64,000 nt of DNA from Prochloron sp. (GTDB lineage Bacteria; Cyanobacteriota; Cyanobacteriia; Cyanobacteriales; Prochloraceae). Of this stretch, positions 46,835 through 55,859 are shown in pieces. The position numbers and the translations under genes are program-made. Position 1 is the stretch's first letter. Every line of letters begins with the position of its first letter. The notes beneath the pieces are model-generated. The model was given only the letters and a program-made list of their open reading frames with translations. It was not told where the DNA came from and made no database searches. The stretch is from positions 4,644,776 to 4,708,775 of the forward strand of contig OZ240666.1 of assembly GCA_965198675.1 (NCBI GenBank). The letters are read 5' to 3'.

Positions 46835-48625
46835 TTAACGGTTAAAAACGCGACCACGCCATTTATTCAACCGCAGTTCTCCAATAGAAGCAACGGGACG
46901 CAAGTCGGCAATCTTTTCTCGCAAAGCAGCAATTTCCCGCTCTTGCTCTTCTGACTGCTGTTCTAAAGCCTCATAATCTCCTTCAATAGTAACACTAGCA
47001 GTGACTGGGCTGGGAACTTGCACCGTAATAGCAGTGGTACCATAAGAGGTGTTAGATTTCCACTTGTTCAACTCTGAGCTGCCAATGGTTGCCAAGGGCT
47101 GTAAATCTGCTAGCTGAGTGCGCAATTTGGCTAGTAATTCTTCCTGTTCGGCGCACTTGTTACGCATCGCTTGATAAGCTTCTTTGTGAGCTAATTCTTC
47201 CGCTGTTGGACCAATCGCTTCCGGGGGTCTGGGCTTGAGTATGGCTGCCAACAATTGATTTACATCAGTTAAATTAGTCCCTGGTGGCAATTCTCCCTCG
47301 GGAGTATTAGTCATGAGGGCTAGTTTCGTCAGAGGTTTATTCCGGGATACCAGAAGATCTTTGTCGCTACCAGAATTACCACGGAGCAGTTTGAATGTAT
47401 TGGTATAACCGAGGAGTTTCTTCCCTGTTTGGGTTTTATTACCTCGGTAATAGGGGACGATATTTTCCCCAAAAGCATCTTGATATTCGTCACTATCGAT
47501 ATAAGAATCGATTTCTGCCTCAAATCCCTCGCCGTCGAGTATTTTGCTCTGAGCGAAGGTTGAACTATAGTCGTCGGGAGCGCGACCAAGTAAATGCTTG
47601 AAATTCAACTCAATGGAGCGATAGCGGGGACAGTTTTCGAAAAAGCGAGAGCGGTATAATTCCGATTTGGCGAGTTGACGGACAAATTCCCGGACGCTAA
47701 TTTCCCCTCCTTTGAATTGGGATTCTGGGAGCACGAGTCGCTCGCTTTCCATTATGTGAGCATTGCCGAAAACTTGGCGATAGACAGCGCGAATTACCGT
47801 TTCTATTTCTTCTTCATCAGAACCCGGTACTAACTCAAAGATGGGCAAATCGCTGAATGCTTCGTATTGACTTTGAATCGAAACAGCAGTGGGGGAAAGC
47901 TTCTCCTCCTTTTTCTCCTCCTTGACACTCAGCCGAGCTAGCAGTTTCTCCGTCTCCCCCTTAAAGAGTAACTGCCAATAGGAGGGAACTCCTTCCAGGG
48001 GAACGATGGATCCGGAAGTATTGATCATCACAAACCAATTGAGACGAGAGCGATTTTGCCCCACAATGTCTTGATCGCTGCTGGAATAACCTCGCAACAA
48101 CCGGAACATATGGGGAAACCCAATGCCATTTTTCCCTGTCTGGGTTCGATATCCTCGATAATAGGGAACGATATGTTGACCGAAATTTTCCAGATATTCA
48201 TCGCTATCGATATAGGAATCTATTTCTGCCTCATAACCGAACCCGTCCAAAATGCGGGTATGAGCGATGATTTCCTCGTAGCTTTCCGGTGCGCGCCCAA
48301 GTAAATGCTTGAAATTCAATTCTACTGCCCGGTTGCGAGAGCAGTTGAGGAAAAAGCGAGAGCGGTAAAAGTCTGATTTAGCGATTTGGCGCACGAATTC
48401 CCGGACGCTAATATCCTTATTTTTCAGTTGGGATTCCGCTACAGCAAGCCTTTCGCTGTCCATGACGTGAGCATTGCCCAAAACTTGCCGATAGACGGCG
48501 CGAATGACGATGTCAATTTCTGACTCTGTTACTTTCGGGTTGAGTACGAGGGGTTCTATTTCTGCAAAGGGACTAACCCCTAATTCCGCACGACTTAAAG
48601 TAGGATTAATGAAACTCTGAACCAT
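46835..48625 (-). CDS. phycobilisome linker with two tandem linker domains and a novel repeated C-terminal tail
   Basis: 596 aa with two full linker domains (VIRAVYRQV(L/F)GNAH...LNFKHLLGRAP...EAEIDSYIDSDEY...IVPYYRG). It has no CpcD-like domain. The tail contains two ADL(Q/R)P(L/V)A(T/S)IG...LNKW(K/R) motifs. Confidence 0.85.
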   Translation of the reverse strand: MVQSFINPTLSRAELGVSPFAEIEPLVLNPKVTESEIDIVIRAVYRQVLGNAHVMDSERLAVAESQLKNKDISVREFVRQIAKSDFYRSRFFLNCSRNRAVELNFKHLLGRAPESYEEIIAHTRILDGFGYEAEIDSYIDSDEYLENFGQHIVPYYRGYRTQTGKNGIGFPHMFRLLRGYSSSDQDIVGQNRSRLNWFVMINTSGSIVPLEGVPSYWQLLFKGETEKLLARLSVKEEKKEEKLSPTAVSIQSQYEAFSDLPIFELVPGSDEEEIETVIRAVYRQVFGNAHIMESERLVLPESQFKGGEISVREFVRQLAKSELYRSRFFENCPRYRSIELNFKHLLGRAPDDYSSTFAQSKILDGEGFEAEIDSYIDSDEYQDAFGENIVPYYRGNKTQTGKKLLGYTNTFKLLRGNSGSDKDLLVSRNKPLTKLALMTNTPEGELPPGTNLTDVNQLLAAILKPRPPEAIGPTAEELAHKEAYQAMRNKCAEQEELLAKLRTQLADLQPLATIGSSELNKWKSNTSYGTTAITVQVPSPVTASVTIEGDYEALEQQSEEQEREIAALREKIADLRPVASIGELRLNKWRGRVFNR

Positions 48626-48630
48626 TTTTC

Positions 48631-48978
48631 TTATCTTCTCCTGAATGATAAATTTTCCGTTTTGTTATCAAATTTGGTATAAAAACCGCCGTATTTTAGC
48701 CAATATTGTTTTAGATCGTGATGGGGAGTATGCAAACTAGCTTTTGCTTGATATAATATCACTTGGCGATGATTTCCTATCCAAACTTTTCTGACTGGAT
48801 CTACGGAAATGAGGGTACCACCGAGACTGCGAACGCATTCTTCAAATCTCTCTACCGTAGAATATTCTAAGGTTTCAAATATATAAAAGTTTCCCGCACA
48901 AATAAGATACCTATTCCTAATCCAGCATTGCATTTTTTTGCTTGCTACTGGGGGCAACATAGTTCCTTTTTGCTCCAA
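48631..48978 (-). CDS. cpeR: phycoerythrin operon regulator CpeR
   Basis: ...MLPPVASKKMQCWIRNRYLICAGNFYIFETLEYSTVERFEECVRSLGG... resembles CpeR, and the gene lies directly after cpeT as in cpeCDESTR operons. Confidence 0.75.
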   Translation of the reverse strand: MEQKGTMLPPVASKKMQCWIRNRYLICAGNFYIFETLEYSTVERFEECVRSLGGTLISVDPVRKVWIGNHRQVILYQAKASLHTPHHDLKQYWLKYGGFYTKFDNKTENLSFRRR

Positions 48979-48987
48979 AACTAGGGT

Positions 48988-49635
48988 TTAAAAGAGCTGG
49001 TAACTGTCATGGTACGAGGTCACTGATTTTGGTACTTCGGACGCGAAACTTTGTACTTTCTCAAATCGCAATGGACCAGCAGCAGAACCCCAAACTTGCT
49101 CGTGGGTGTTAATATCCATCCCCCGATCTAAACTTACCCAAGTATTCTCAGTCAGTTCAATTTCGCTTTCAAGATATGTTGGACAACCTTTTCTTTCCAC
49201 CAGACATTTATTCCCCGGTTCAACACTTCCTCGAAACATATCTCCCTGTCTTTTAAATATCATGGAGCAGTGATAGCGTCGTTGGATACAGTCATGAGTA
49301 AGAGAGTCGAGAATTTCTCGCTCCCGACCACCACCTGCGTATAACAAACCATCTTTGAGGGCATAATTTTCAATATACACTTCCTCCCCCCTATCTATGA
49401 GACGATGTACTCCCTGACGGTAAGGACTCCAGAGGTCGTAGTCATATACTTGTTCGGAATAAAAACCGATGCTGTTGAAAAATTCCCAGGGTAAGGGACG
49501 AAAGAAAACGTGAATGTGAGCGTAGGTTTGAGGATTGGACTTTGCTTGTTTGTGATTAGAAAAATCCCCCGCCATCCAGCGAGCTAATTGCAACATTGAA
49601 TCATTGTTTTGTCTTTCTGTCTCTGGGAGAAGCAT
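48988..49635 (-). CDS. cpeT: T-type phycobilin lyase CpeT
   Basis: LQLARWMAGDFSNHKQAKSNPQTYAHIHVFFRPLP...YSEQVYDYDLWSPYRQGVH is the CpcT/CpeT signature. The C-terminus runs into heptamer-repeat sequence. Confidence 0.85.
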   Translation of the reverse strand: MLLPETERQNNDSMLQLARWMAGDFSNHKQAKSNPQTYAHIHVFFRPLPWEFFNSIGFYSEQVYDYDLWSPYRQGVHRLIDRGEEVYIENYALKDGLLYAGGGREREILDSLTHDCIQRRYHCSMIFKRQGDMFRGSVEPGNKCLVERKGCPTYLESEIELTENTWVSLDRGMDINTHEQVWGSAAGPLRFEKVQSFASEVPKSVTSYHDSYQLF

Positions 49636-49747
49636 TTTTGGGTATAAACTAGGGGTTTCTTAAATTGAACTAGTAGTGCGTCTAGACTAAAACTGTGAGT
49701 AAATAACAATCCTGTCTATTTAACTTCATATCCTGATCCCCCCGATC

Positions 49748-49911
49748 TAAGCTATCCTTGATAAGGAACTCTGAAACCCTTGATTGATAAGGGGATAGGG
49801 GGATAGGGGGATTGGGAGATAACGTGATTGGCTGATTTGGGGATTGTTTTATAGAACTTCCCCCAGCAAGACTCATAGCGTTCCTTATAAGGGTTAGCGA
49901 TCTAAGGGGGG
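49748..49911. repeat. 164-bp inverted-repeat element between cpeS and cpeT
   Basis: CCCCCCGATCTAAGCTATCCTTGATAAGGAAC (49748..49779) is nearly the reverse complement of GTTCCTTATAAGGGTTAGCGATCTAAGGGGGG (49880..49911). Confidence 0.6.
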
Positions 49912-49933
49912 TGACGGGGGGTGCCGTAAGGCA

Positions 49934-50458
49934 CTAGGTCTTCAAAGAGCGAATTTCGGAAGCAAAGGAAGCAGTGATTACCCCAGATCCAGCACTGGTT
50001 TTAATCAGGGATACGCGAAAACGTAAATTGGGGGTAGCAAACCAAATTTTCTCCTCCGCCATGGCGCGATCGTAGGGGGTTAAGAGGACAAAAACATCAT
50101 CTTCGTTAATGCGATATTCCCCCACAGAAGGCATGGTTTCCGCATAACCGCGATCGCGCAACAATTTCCCTTTTTTCGGCTCTTCCGGAACCGGCACTAA
50201 GATAGTGGTTCCTTTCAGTTCCTCATCTTCGTCCCAGTCTGACTCTCCTTCCCAGGTCATGCGAAAGGGAGAACTTGCTGCTTTTGGGTCAATTTGATGG
50301 AATTTGCACAAATCTATAACTTCCGGATCGTCGGTGGCTATAGCTTCAATCTCAAGGTTGGAAGTAACTGCTTCAAACTGCTGGAATGCCATATGATGTG
50401 CCGATCGCTGCGATCGCCAACTCCCAATTGACATTTCTACAAATTTGCTAATATCCAA
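49934..50458 (-). CDS. cpeS: S-type phycobilin lyase CpeS
   Basis: (TTG)DISKFVEMSIGSWRSQRSAHHMAF...KLLRDRGYAE...RFRVSLIKT. The N-terminal extension of the track ORF is a translated repeat. Confidence 0.75.
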   Translation of the reverse strand: MDISKFVEMSIGSWRSQRSAHHMAFQQFEAVTSNLEIEAIATDDPEVIDLCKFHQIDPKAASSPFRMTWEGESDWDEDEELKGTTILVPVPEEPKKGKLLRDRGYAETMPSVGEYRINEDDVFVLLTPYDRAMAEEKIWFATPNLRFRVSLIKTSAGSGVITASFASEIRSLKT

Positions 50459-50587
50459 GGTTTTGGGGTGTGGGGTGTAGGGTGTGGGGTGTAGTTGAAC
50501 ATCGTAGGTTGGGTTGAGGCAACGAAACCCAACAGCCAAGGAGATTTGTGTTGGGTAACGCTTGCGCTCTACCCAACCTACTATTGT

Positions 50588-50794
50588 TTATTGTAGGACT
50601 GTGACTCCAGTCACCTTACCTCCCAGGCGATGAATCTTCCGCATTTCCTGAACCATATTACTGTGAGACCCTTTAACTGTATAATCGCTCGTCCGCATTA
50701 CATCTTGACGACAGACTCCCGTTGCCTTAATCTCAACGATTCGACCGTCATAATCACTGGTCTTTATCGTCCCTGTGGTAGTCATTCCTGACAT
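50588..50794 (-). CDS. small CpcD-like linker-domain protein
   Basis: 68 aa from MSGMTTTG...: ...RIVEIKATGV...YTVKGSHSNMVQEMRKIHRLGGKVTGVTVLQ, a CpcD-type domain pattern. Confidence 0.65.
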   Translation of the reverse strand: MSGMTTTGTIKTSDYDGRIVEIKATGVCRQDVMRTSDYTVKGSHSNMVQEMRKIHRLGGKVTGVTVLQ

Positions 50795-51009
50795 AGCTTT
50801 TTCCTTAACTAATTTTGTTCTTTTCATCAATAAATAAATGGGAGTAGGAGAGTGGTGGAGTAGGGAAGTTGGGAAGTAGGGGAGATTGGGTATGATTGTC
50901 ACTTTTGCCAGCAAACTGATATACCTTTTCCACTACTGTTGGTGGGCAATGCCCACCCTACCACTTACCACTATCCCCCCATCACTCCATTATCCTATCC
51001 CCCATTGAT

Positions 51010-51589
51010 CTAAGCTACCTCAGTAATGCTGAGGATTTTGCCGCCAGTTTTGTGAATGTTTTGGATTTTCTGGGACATTTGGGCGTAACCCACCTCATAA
51101 ACCAAGTTGCTCTGCTTGTAGATTGGAGTAAGACCAGCTTTAGCAACAGCAATGCGGTAGCGCTTCCCAGTGTTGTCAGCAGCACCAGAACCAGCAGCAG
51201 GAGCGGTTACTGTCCCGGATCCATTACCTGCGGTAACCCCAATGAGCTTAGCTTGACCGCTGCGATCGCTGGTAGCATCTCCCCGCAGGAGGGTGAATCC
51301 CCGGACGTAGCTAGAGTTCTTAAACCCAAGCTGACTGCTGGTACTGCGAGCATAGGGAACCGTATTTTCCCCATAAGCACCCTGATACTCGTCGCTATCG
51401 ATATAAGAATCGATTTCTGCTTCATAACCGATAGCTTCTGCACTGACTAATCTTTGGTTGTCCAGTACGTGGATGTTGCCCAAAACCTGCTTGCTGCTTG
51501 TAAGCTGCCCGAATTACTTTCTGTACGTCTTCTTCAGTCGCCCCAGCACGCAGTTCAGTGGGTTCTGCTGACCTTACCCAGAGTGCCAT
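51010..51589 (-). pseudogene. PE rod-linker paralog, frameshifted by a 7-bp duplication and carrying an internal deletion
   Basis: MALWVRSAEPTELRAGATEEDVQKVIRAAYKQ (from the ATG at 51589) shifts frame at CAAGCAGCAAGCAG (51487..51500). About 65 aa of the linker-domain core are also absent between ...VSAEA and IGYEAEID. Confidence 0.85.
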
Positions 51590-51648
51590 TTAAATTCCTC
51601 CTTTTTTCTTATTTCCTATTTGTTATTTGTGATTTGTCAAACCCAGGG

Positions 51649-52416
51649 CTAAACTACCTCAGTAATGCTGAGAATTTTGCCCCCAGTTTTGTGAATGTTG
51701 CGCACTTGCTGGTTCAGTTGGCTGTAGTTAACCACGTATTCCAAATTGCTATATTTATTGAGAGTTGCGGGAGCAGCAGAAGTTGACACCGCAATGCGAT
51801 AGCGCTTATTGGTGTTGTCATAGGAGCCACCCCGACCCACTGCTGGTGCTTTAATGGCACTGGGTAGGTTACCTGCTACTGTAGATAACAGCTTAGTGGG
51901 CATATCCCGATCGCAGGAAGCACCACCCCGGAACAATTCAAAGGAGCGACCGTAGCTAGAATTGGGGAATCCTACCCGAGAGCTAATATTAGCGGCATAG
52001 GGAACTACATTGTCGCCGAACTTTTCCAGATACTCATCGCTACAGAGGTAGGAATCTATTTCTGCCTCAAAACCTTCCCCGTTATAGGTTTGGACGTGGG
52101 CGGAAAGTTCAGCCTGAGAGGTGGGTGCCCTCCCCAAAAGATGTTTGAAGTTCATCTCTACAAAGCGATAGGGGGGAGCGGATTGAAAAAATAAACCTTT
52201 ATACAAGGAAGACTTAGCCACCATACCCACGAAACCGCGCACGGTGATGTCTCCATTGCGCAGCATTGATTCTGCACTGGTGAGGCGATCGCTTTCCAGC
52301 ACGTGTTGGTTCCCCAAAACTTGCTTGTAAACAGCGCTAATTACTGCTTGGAGGTCTTCTTCAGTTGCACCCTCTCTTAATTCTACGGGATCTGTCTCTG
52401 TTACCCAGAATGCCAT
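51649..52416 (-). CDS. phycoerythrin-associated rod linker (linker domain plus CpcD-like C-terminus)
   Basis: 255 aa; ...VISAVYKQVLGNQHVLES...MNFKHLLGRAP...EAEIDSYLCSDEY...KRYRIAVS...VRNIHKTGGKILSITEVV. Confidence 0.85.
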   Translation of the reverse strand: MAFWVTETDPVELREGATEEDLQAVISAVYKQVLGNQHVLESDRLTSAESMLRNGDITVRGFVGMVAKSSLYKGLFFQSAPPYRFVEMNFKHLLGRAPTSQAELSAHVQTYNGEGFEAEIDSYLCSDEYLEKFGDNVVPYAANISSRVGFPNSSYGRSFELFRGGASCDRDMPTKLLSTVAGNLPSAIKAPAVGRGGSYDNTNKRYRIAVSTSAAPATLNKYSNLEYVVNYSQLNQQVRNIHKTGGKILSITEVV

Positions 52417-52513
52417 GGAAATTACTCCTGTTTTATTATTGGTTATTGGTTATTGGTTATTGGTTATTTGTTATTGATACAGCAACCAATAACAAATAAC
52501 GGGGAAGCCAGAT

Positions 52514-53315
52514 TTAGACAACCTCAGTAATAGAGAGGATTTTGCCCCCTGCTTTGTGAATTGTCTGTACTTCCTGGGACATTTGGCTATAGCTAACCAC
52601 CCGTTCCACCTTGCTATACTTATTCAGCCTTGCTGCTGCTGTTGAGGTAGAAAAAGCGATGGAGAAGCGCTTACCAGTATTGCCGTAATTTGCCCCATTC
52701 CCTACTGCTGGGGCTGCTATTGGGGTAGCCAAGTTAGCCGCGAGGGAGGTAATTAGGGTCGCCTCGTTACTATTGTCATTTGTCATTGGTTGCTGGTCCC
52801 CGAAGCAAGGAGAACATCCGATTGAAGCCCTCAGTCTTGATCCCAGTTTGGCTTTGAATGCTGCGGGGGTAAGGGACAAAATTCTCGCCAAAATTCTGGA
52901 AATACTCGTCGCTATCCAGATAAGAGTCGATTTCTGCTTCGTAGCCCCCTTCCTGATAAATTTCAACCTGTTCTATAATTTCAGCCTGATCCTGGGGAGG
53001 ACGACCCAACAAGTGCTTGCAGTTCAGCTCAATGAAACGATTCTGAGAGGAGGAGACAAAAAACAGTTTTTGATACTGTTCTGATTTTGCTACAAGACAG
53101 ACAAATCCCCGAACTGTTATATCCCCATCTCGCAGTAGGGCTTCAGCACTGTCTAGGCGATCGCATTCCATCAGGTGTTCGTTACCCAACACTTGCTTGT
53201 AAACAGCGCGAAAGACAGTTTGTAAGTCAGATTCAATTGCATGGGGGCGCAACTCCAGCGGGTCTACTTCAAAAGCATCCAGACCCAGGGTTTCGGAGCG
53301 GGCTAAAATTCCCAT
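52514..53315 (-). pseudogene. phycoerythrin-associated rod linker split by a 7-bp tandem duplication
   Basis: The linker domain (52776..53315) and the CpcD-like domain (52514..52966) are in different frames. Removing one ATGACAA unit at 52773..52786 gives a continuous 264-aa protein. Confidence 0.85.
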
Positions 53316-53405
53316 TGGTTATATCTCCTGATTAAATTGGTCTTAAAAATCTCTTTTCTAGAGACGTAAAAAAATATTACGCCTCTCTATCAGCTCTTCA
53401 GAGGC

Positions 53406-54170
53406 TTAAGCCACCTCTGTGATACTGACTATGGTCGCCCCAGTGCGATTAATCCGCTGAATTTGCGGTGTCATTTTGCCACCAGAAACGATATACTCCG
53501 TGGTGCTGCGACGGCGAGGACTGTCGAATTTAGAACCTTTAACCAGAATTTTAAAGGTTTTCTCGGTAGCATCTTGATAAGCAACGCTACGGGCCCCGGT
53601 AGCAGGGGCAATCTTGCTGCTGCTATTGGTAGCTACTTCTTGCACCAAGCGAGAAGCTTTATTACCGCTATCAATTTCTGCCACACCCCGGAACAGGGAT
53701 ACAGTGCGGGTATAACCCACCTGCTTTTGTCCCACCTGACTTACAGCACCTTGGTAATAAGGCACAGTGTTCTCCCCGAAGTTCTCCTGATACTCCAAAC
53801 TATCGATATAGGAGTCGATTTCTGCATCGTAGCCTTCTTCTACACAGGTGCAGATATGAGCGAAAACCTCACTTTGATCCGTAGGAGCGCGACCCAAGAT
53901 ATGCTTGAAGTTCAGCTCCACAAAGCGATAGGGGGCGCAGGATTCAAAATAGCGATCGCGGTAGAAGTCTGATTTAGCCACAGCCCGGACAAATTCCCGC
54001 ACTGTCAGAGTCCCCTCTAGGAACTGAGATTCCGCACTCACCAACCGCTCACTTTCCATGACGTGGGGGTTACCCAACACTTGCTTGTAAACTGCTCTAA
54101 TGGCAGCTTGTTTATCTGAAACCGTACTCGTGGACCATATTTCTACGGGTCCACCTAACACTGTGCTCAT
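53406..54170 (-). CDS. cpeD: phycoerythrin-associated rod linker (CpeD-like)
   Basis: 254 aa; ...AIRAVYKQVLGNPHVMESERL...LNFKHILGRAP...DAEIDSYIDSLEY...KTFKILV...RINRTGATIVSITEVA. Confidence 0.75.
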   Translation of the reverse strand: MSTVLGGPVEIWSTSTVSDKQAAIRAVYKQVLGNPHVMESERLVSAESQFLEGTLTVREFVRAVAKSDFYRDRYFESCAPYRFVELNFKHILGRAPTDQSEVFAHICTCVEEGYDAEIDSYIDSLEYQENFGENTVPYYQGAVSQVGQKQVGYTRTVSLFRGVAEIDSGNKASRLVQEVATNSSSKIAPATGARSVAYQDATEKTFKILVKGSKFDSPRRRSTTEYIVSGGKMTPQIQRINRTGATIVSITEVA

Positions 54171-54248
54171 GCAATTTCTCCTTAATCAAAGCTTTTCTCA
54201 AGTGGATTCAGGATAGAAGAACCGGTTTTTGACCCATTCCTCCGTCCC

Positions 54249-55127
54249 CTAAATTTCTGTAACACTGGCGATTTGACCGCCTTGTCGGTGAATCCGCTTG
54301 TATTGTTCGGAAAGCTTATCGAACGGTACAATGTACACCTTGTTAGAGCGGCGGAATTGAGATACCCGATTAACTGCACCAGGGGAAGCATAAGCTGTAA
54401 CCTCAATGCGGTAAACCTTCCCTTGATCCGAAGCACCAGTACCGTGACGAGTACGAGCACCCAGGGTGGTATCTTGGAAAGACCAGCCATTACCAGCGGT
54501 ACCAGAAGAAGGAGCAACTACAGGGAGGGGGGTTTCCTGAATCACGTGCTTATTCAACACAGGGCTCTTACCCGCCAAACTGCCTTTCAAATCGCTGGAA
54601 GAAGCACCTCGCAACATGGCAAACATATGAGTAAACCCAACCATATTTTGTCCTGGTTGGGTTTTGTAGCCTCTGTAGTAGGGAACGAAGTCTTCTCCAT
54701 AGGCATTCTGGTATTCGTTGCTATCCAGGTAGGAATCGATTTCTGCCTCAAATCCTTCACTATCCAGGATAGTGCTGTGTGTTCTCATTTCCTCCAAACC
54801 ATCGGGAGTACGCCCCAGGAGATGCTTGAAATTCAGCTCAATTGCCCGATAACGAGGAACAGAGTCGAAGAAGCGAGAGCGATACAAGTCTGATTTAGCC
54901 ACAGCGCGGATAAATTCTCTGACGCTGAGTTCTCCCCGTTTGAACTGGGATTCCGGAATAGTGGCACGTTCGCTCTCCATGACGTAAGCATTGCCCAAAA
55001 CTTGCCGATACACGGCGCGGATAATGCTTTCAACATCTTCTTCCGAGCGACCTGGAATCAGTTCTATGGGATCTGTATCTTCAAATAGGCCAACACCTAA
55101 TTGGGATGCGGGTCCAAAAACCATCAA
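54249..55127 (-). CDS. cpeC: phycoerythrin-associated rod linker CpeC
   Basis: 292 aa; ...IIRAVYRQVLGNAYVMESER...LNFKHLLGRTP...EAEIDSYLDSNEY...YRIEVTAY...YKRIHRQGGQIASVTEI. It is the first gene of the linker array. Confidence 0.8.
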   Translation of the reverse strand: MMVFGPASQLGVGLFEDTDPIELIPGRSEEDVESIIRAVYRQVLGNAYVMESERATIPESQFKRGELSVREFIRAVAKSDLYRSRFFDSVPRYRAIELNFKHLLGRTPDGLEEMRTHSTILDSEGFEAEIDSYLDSNEYQNAYGEDFVPYYRGYKTQPGQNMVGFTHMFAMLRGASSSDLKGSLAGKSPVLNKHVIQETPLPVVAPSSGTAGNGWSFQDTTLGARTRHGTGASDQGKVYRIEVTAYASPGAVNRVSQFRRSNKVYIVPFDKLSEQYKRIHRQGGQIASVTEI

Positions 55128-55224
55128 ATGTCTCCTTGACAGGAATAAAGTTTTTTTGGTAAAATTGACACTCTCCTTAAGCTACAAGTATTGCAGCTAC
55201 CTTGAAAGTGTTTTTAGTTTTTTC

Positions 55225-55238
55225 ACAAAACTTTACAA
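55225..55238 (-). promoter_or_regulatory. candidate cis element TTGTAAAGTTTTGT upstream of cpeC
   Basis: The plus strand reads ACAAAACTTTACAA, which matches 33142..33155 upstream of cpeB. A near-copy TTGTAAAGTTTGT lies at 55443..55455 (+). Confidence 0.35.
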
Positions 55239-55859
55239 GCTTTGCCTCTAAGATGAGAGATTCTCCCAATAGATATTCTGGCTTGCAAGCTGGAAAAGGC
55301 TAATGGTTATTATTACCCATGGACTGTACCCATGGCAAATTTTCCCTATCCAATCGTGGATTTCAGGGCTACCGTGGATGTTCGGTAACACCGATGACAA
55401 ATCCATTTATACTATGCTGCTAGACTCCTTATTATTAATAATTGTAAAGTTTGTTGAGCTTATATTGAGGGCGTCATTATACTTTAGATGTTTGTGTTAC
55501 ACAACGGTTTGTTCATAAAATGTAATATTTGGTTACCGAGGGCACGGCTGGGCGATTCCGAAGGTATCCGCTACGCGGCGCGCTTCGTCCTCTCCGCAAT
55601 TAGCTATGGATAGGGTGGGCTAATGAGGTCGAAAAGCTTACCTTGTTTGTAGATTCATATCCTCATTGCCCACCGTCCTCTTTTATTAAAATAAAATAAT
55701 TTGTTTAGATTAATTTATGCCTAAATAATAAATATTATATAAGGTTACCTGCAAACTTTAATATAGGTAATGAGGCATGTAAAAAATCCTAGATCTATAA
55801 ATTAGCTGTCAAGCGATCGCCATTTTCACAATAAACCATAATGTTAAGAAAAACCAACC

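Noticed and set aside
50459-50539. N-terminal extension MAVGFRCLNPTYDVQLHPTPYTPHPKT of the cpeS ORF
   Set aside because: It is encoded by dispersed repeats (GTAGGTTGGGTT...AACCCAAC, also at 27321-27357, and a GGGGTGT repeat). S-type lyases start close to the (M)DI..F...S.G.WRSQR motif, which here begins at a TTG at 50458.
55303-55518. 71-aa ORF in the cpeC-DUF29 intergenic region
   Set aside because: The region is AT-rich, with no RBS and no recognisable similarity. It more likely holds promoter or regulatory sequence for the divergent genes.
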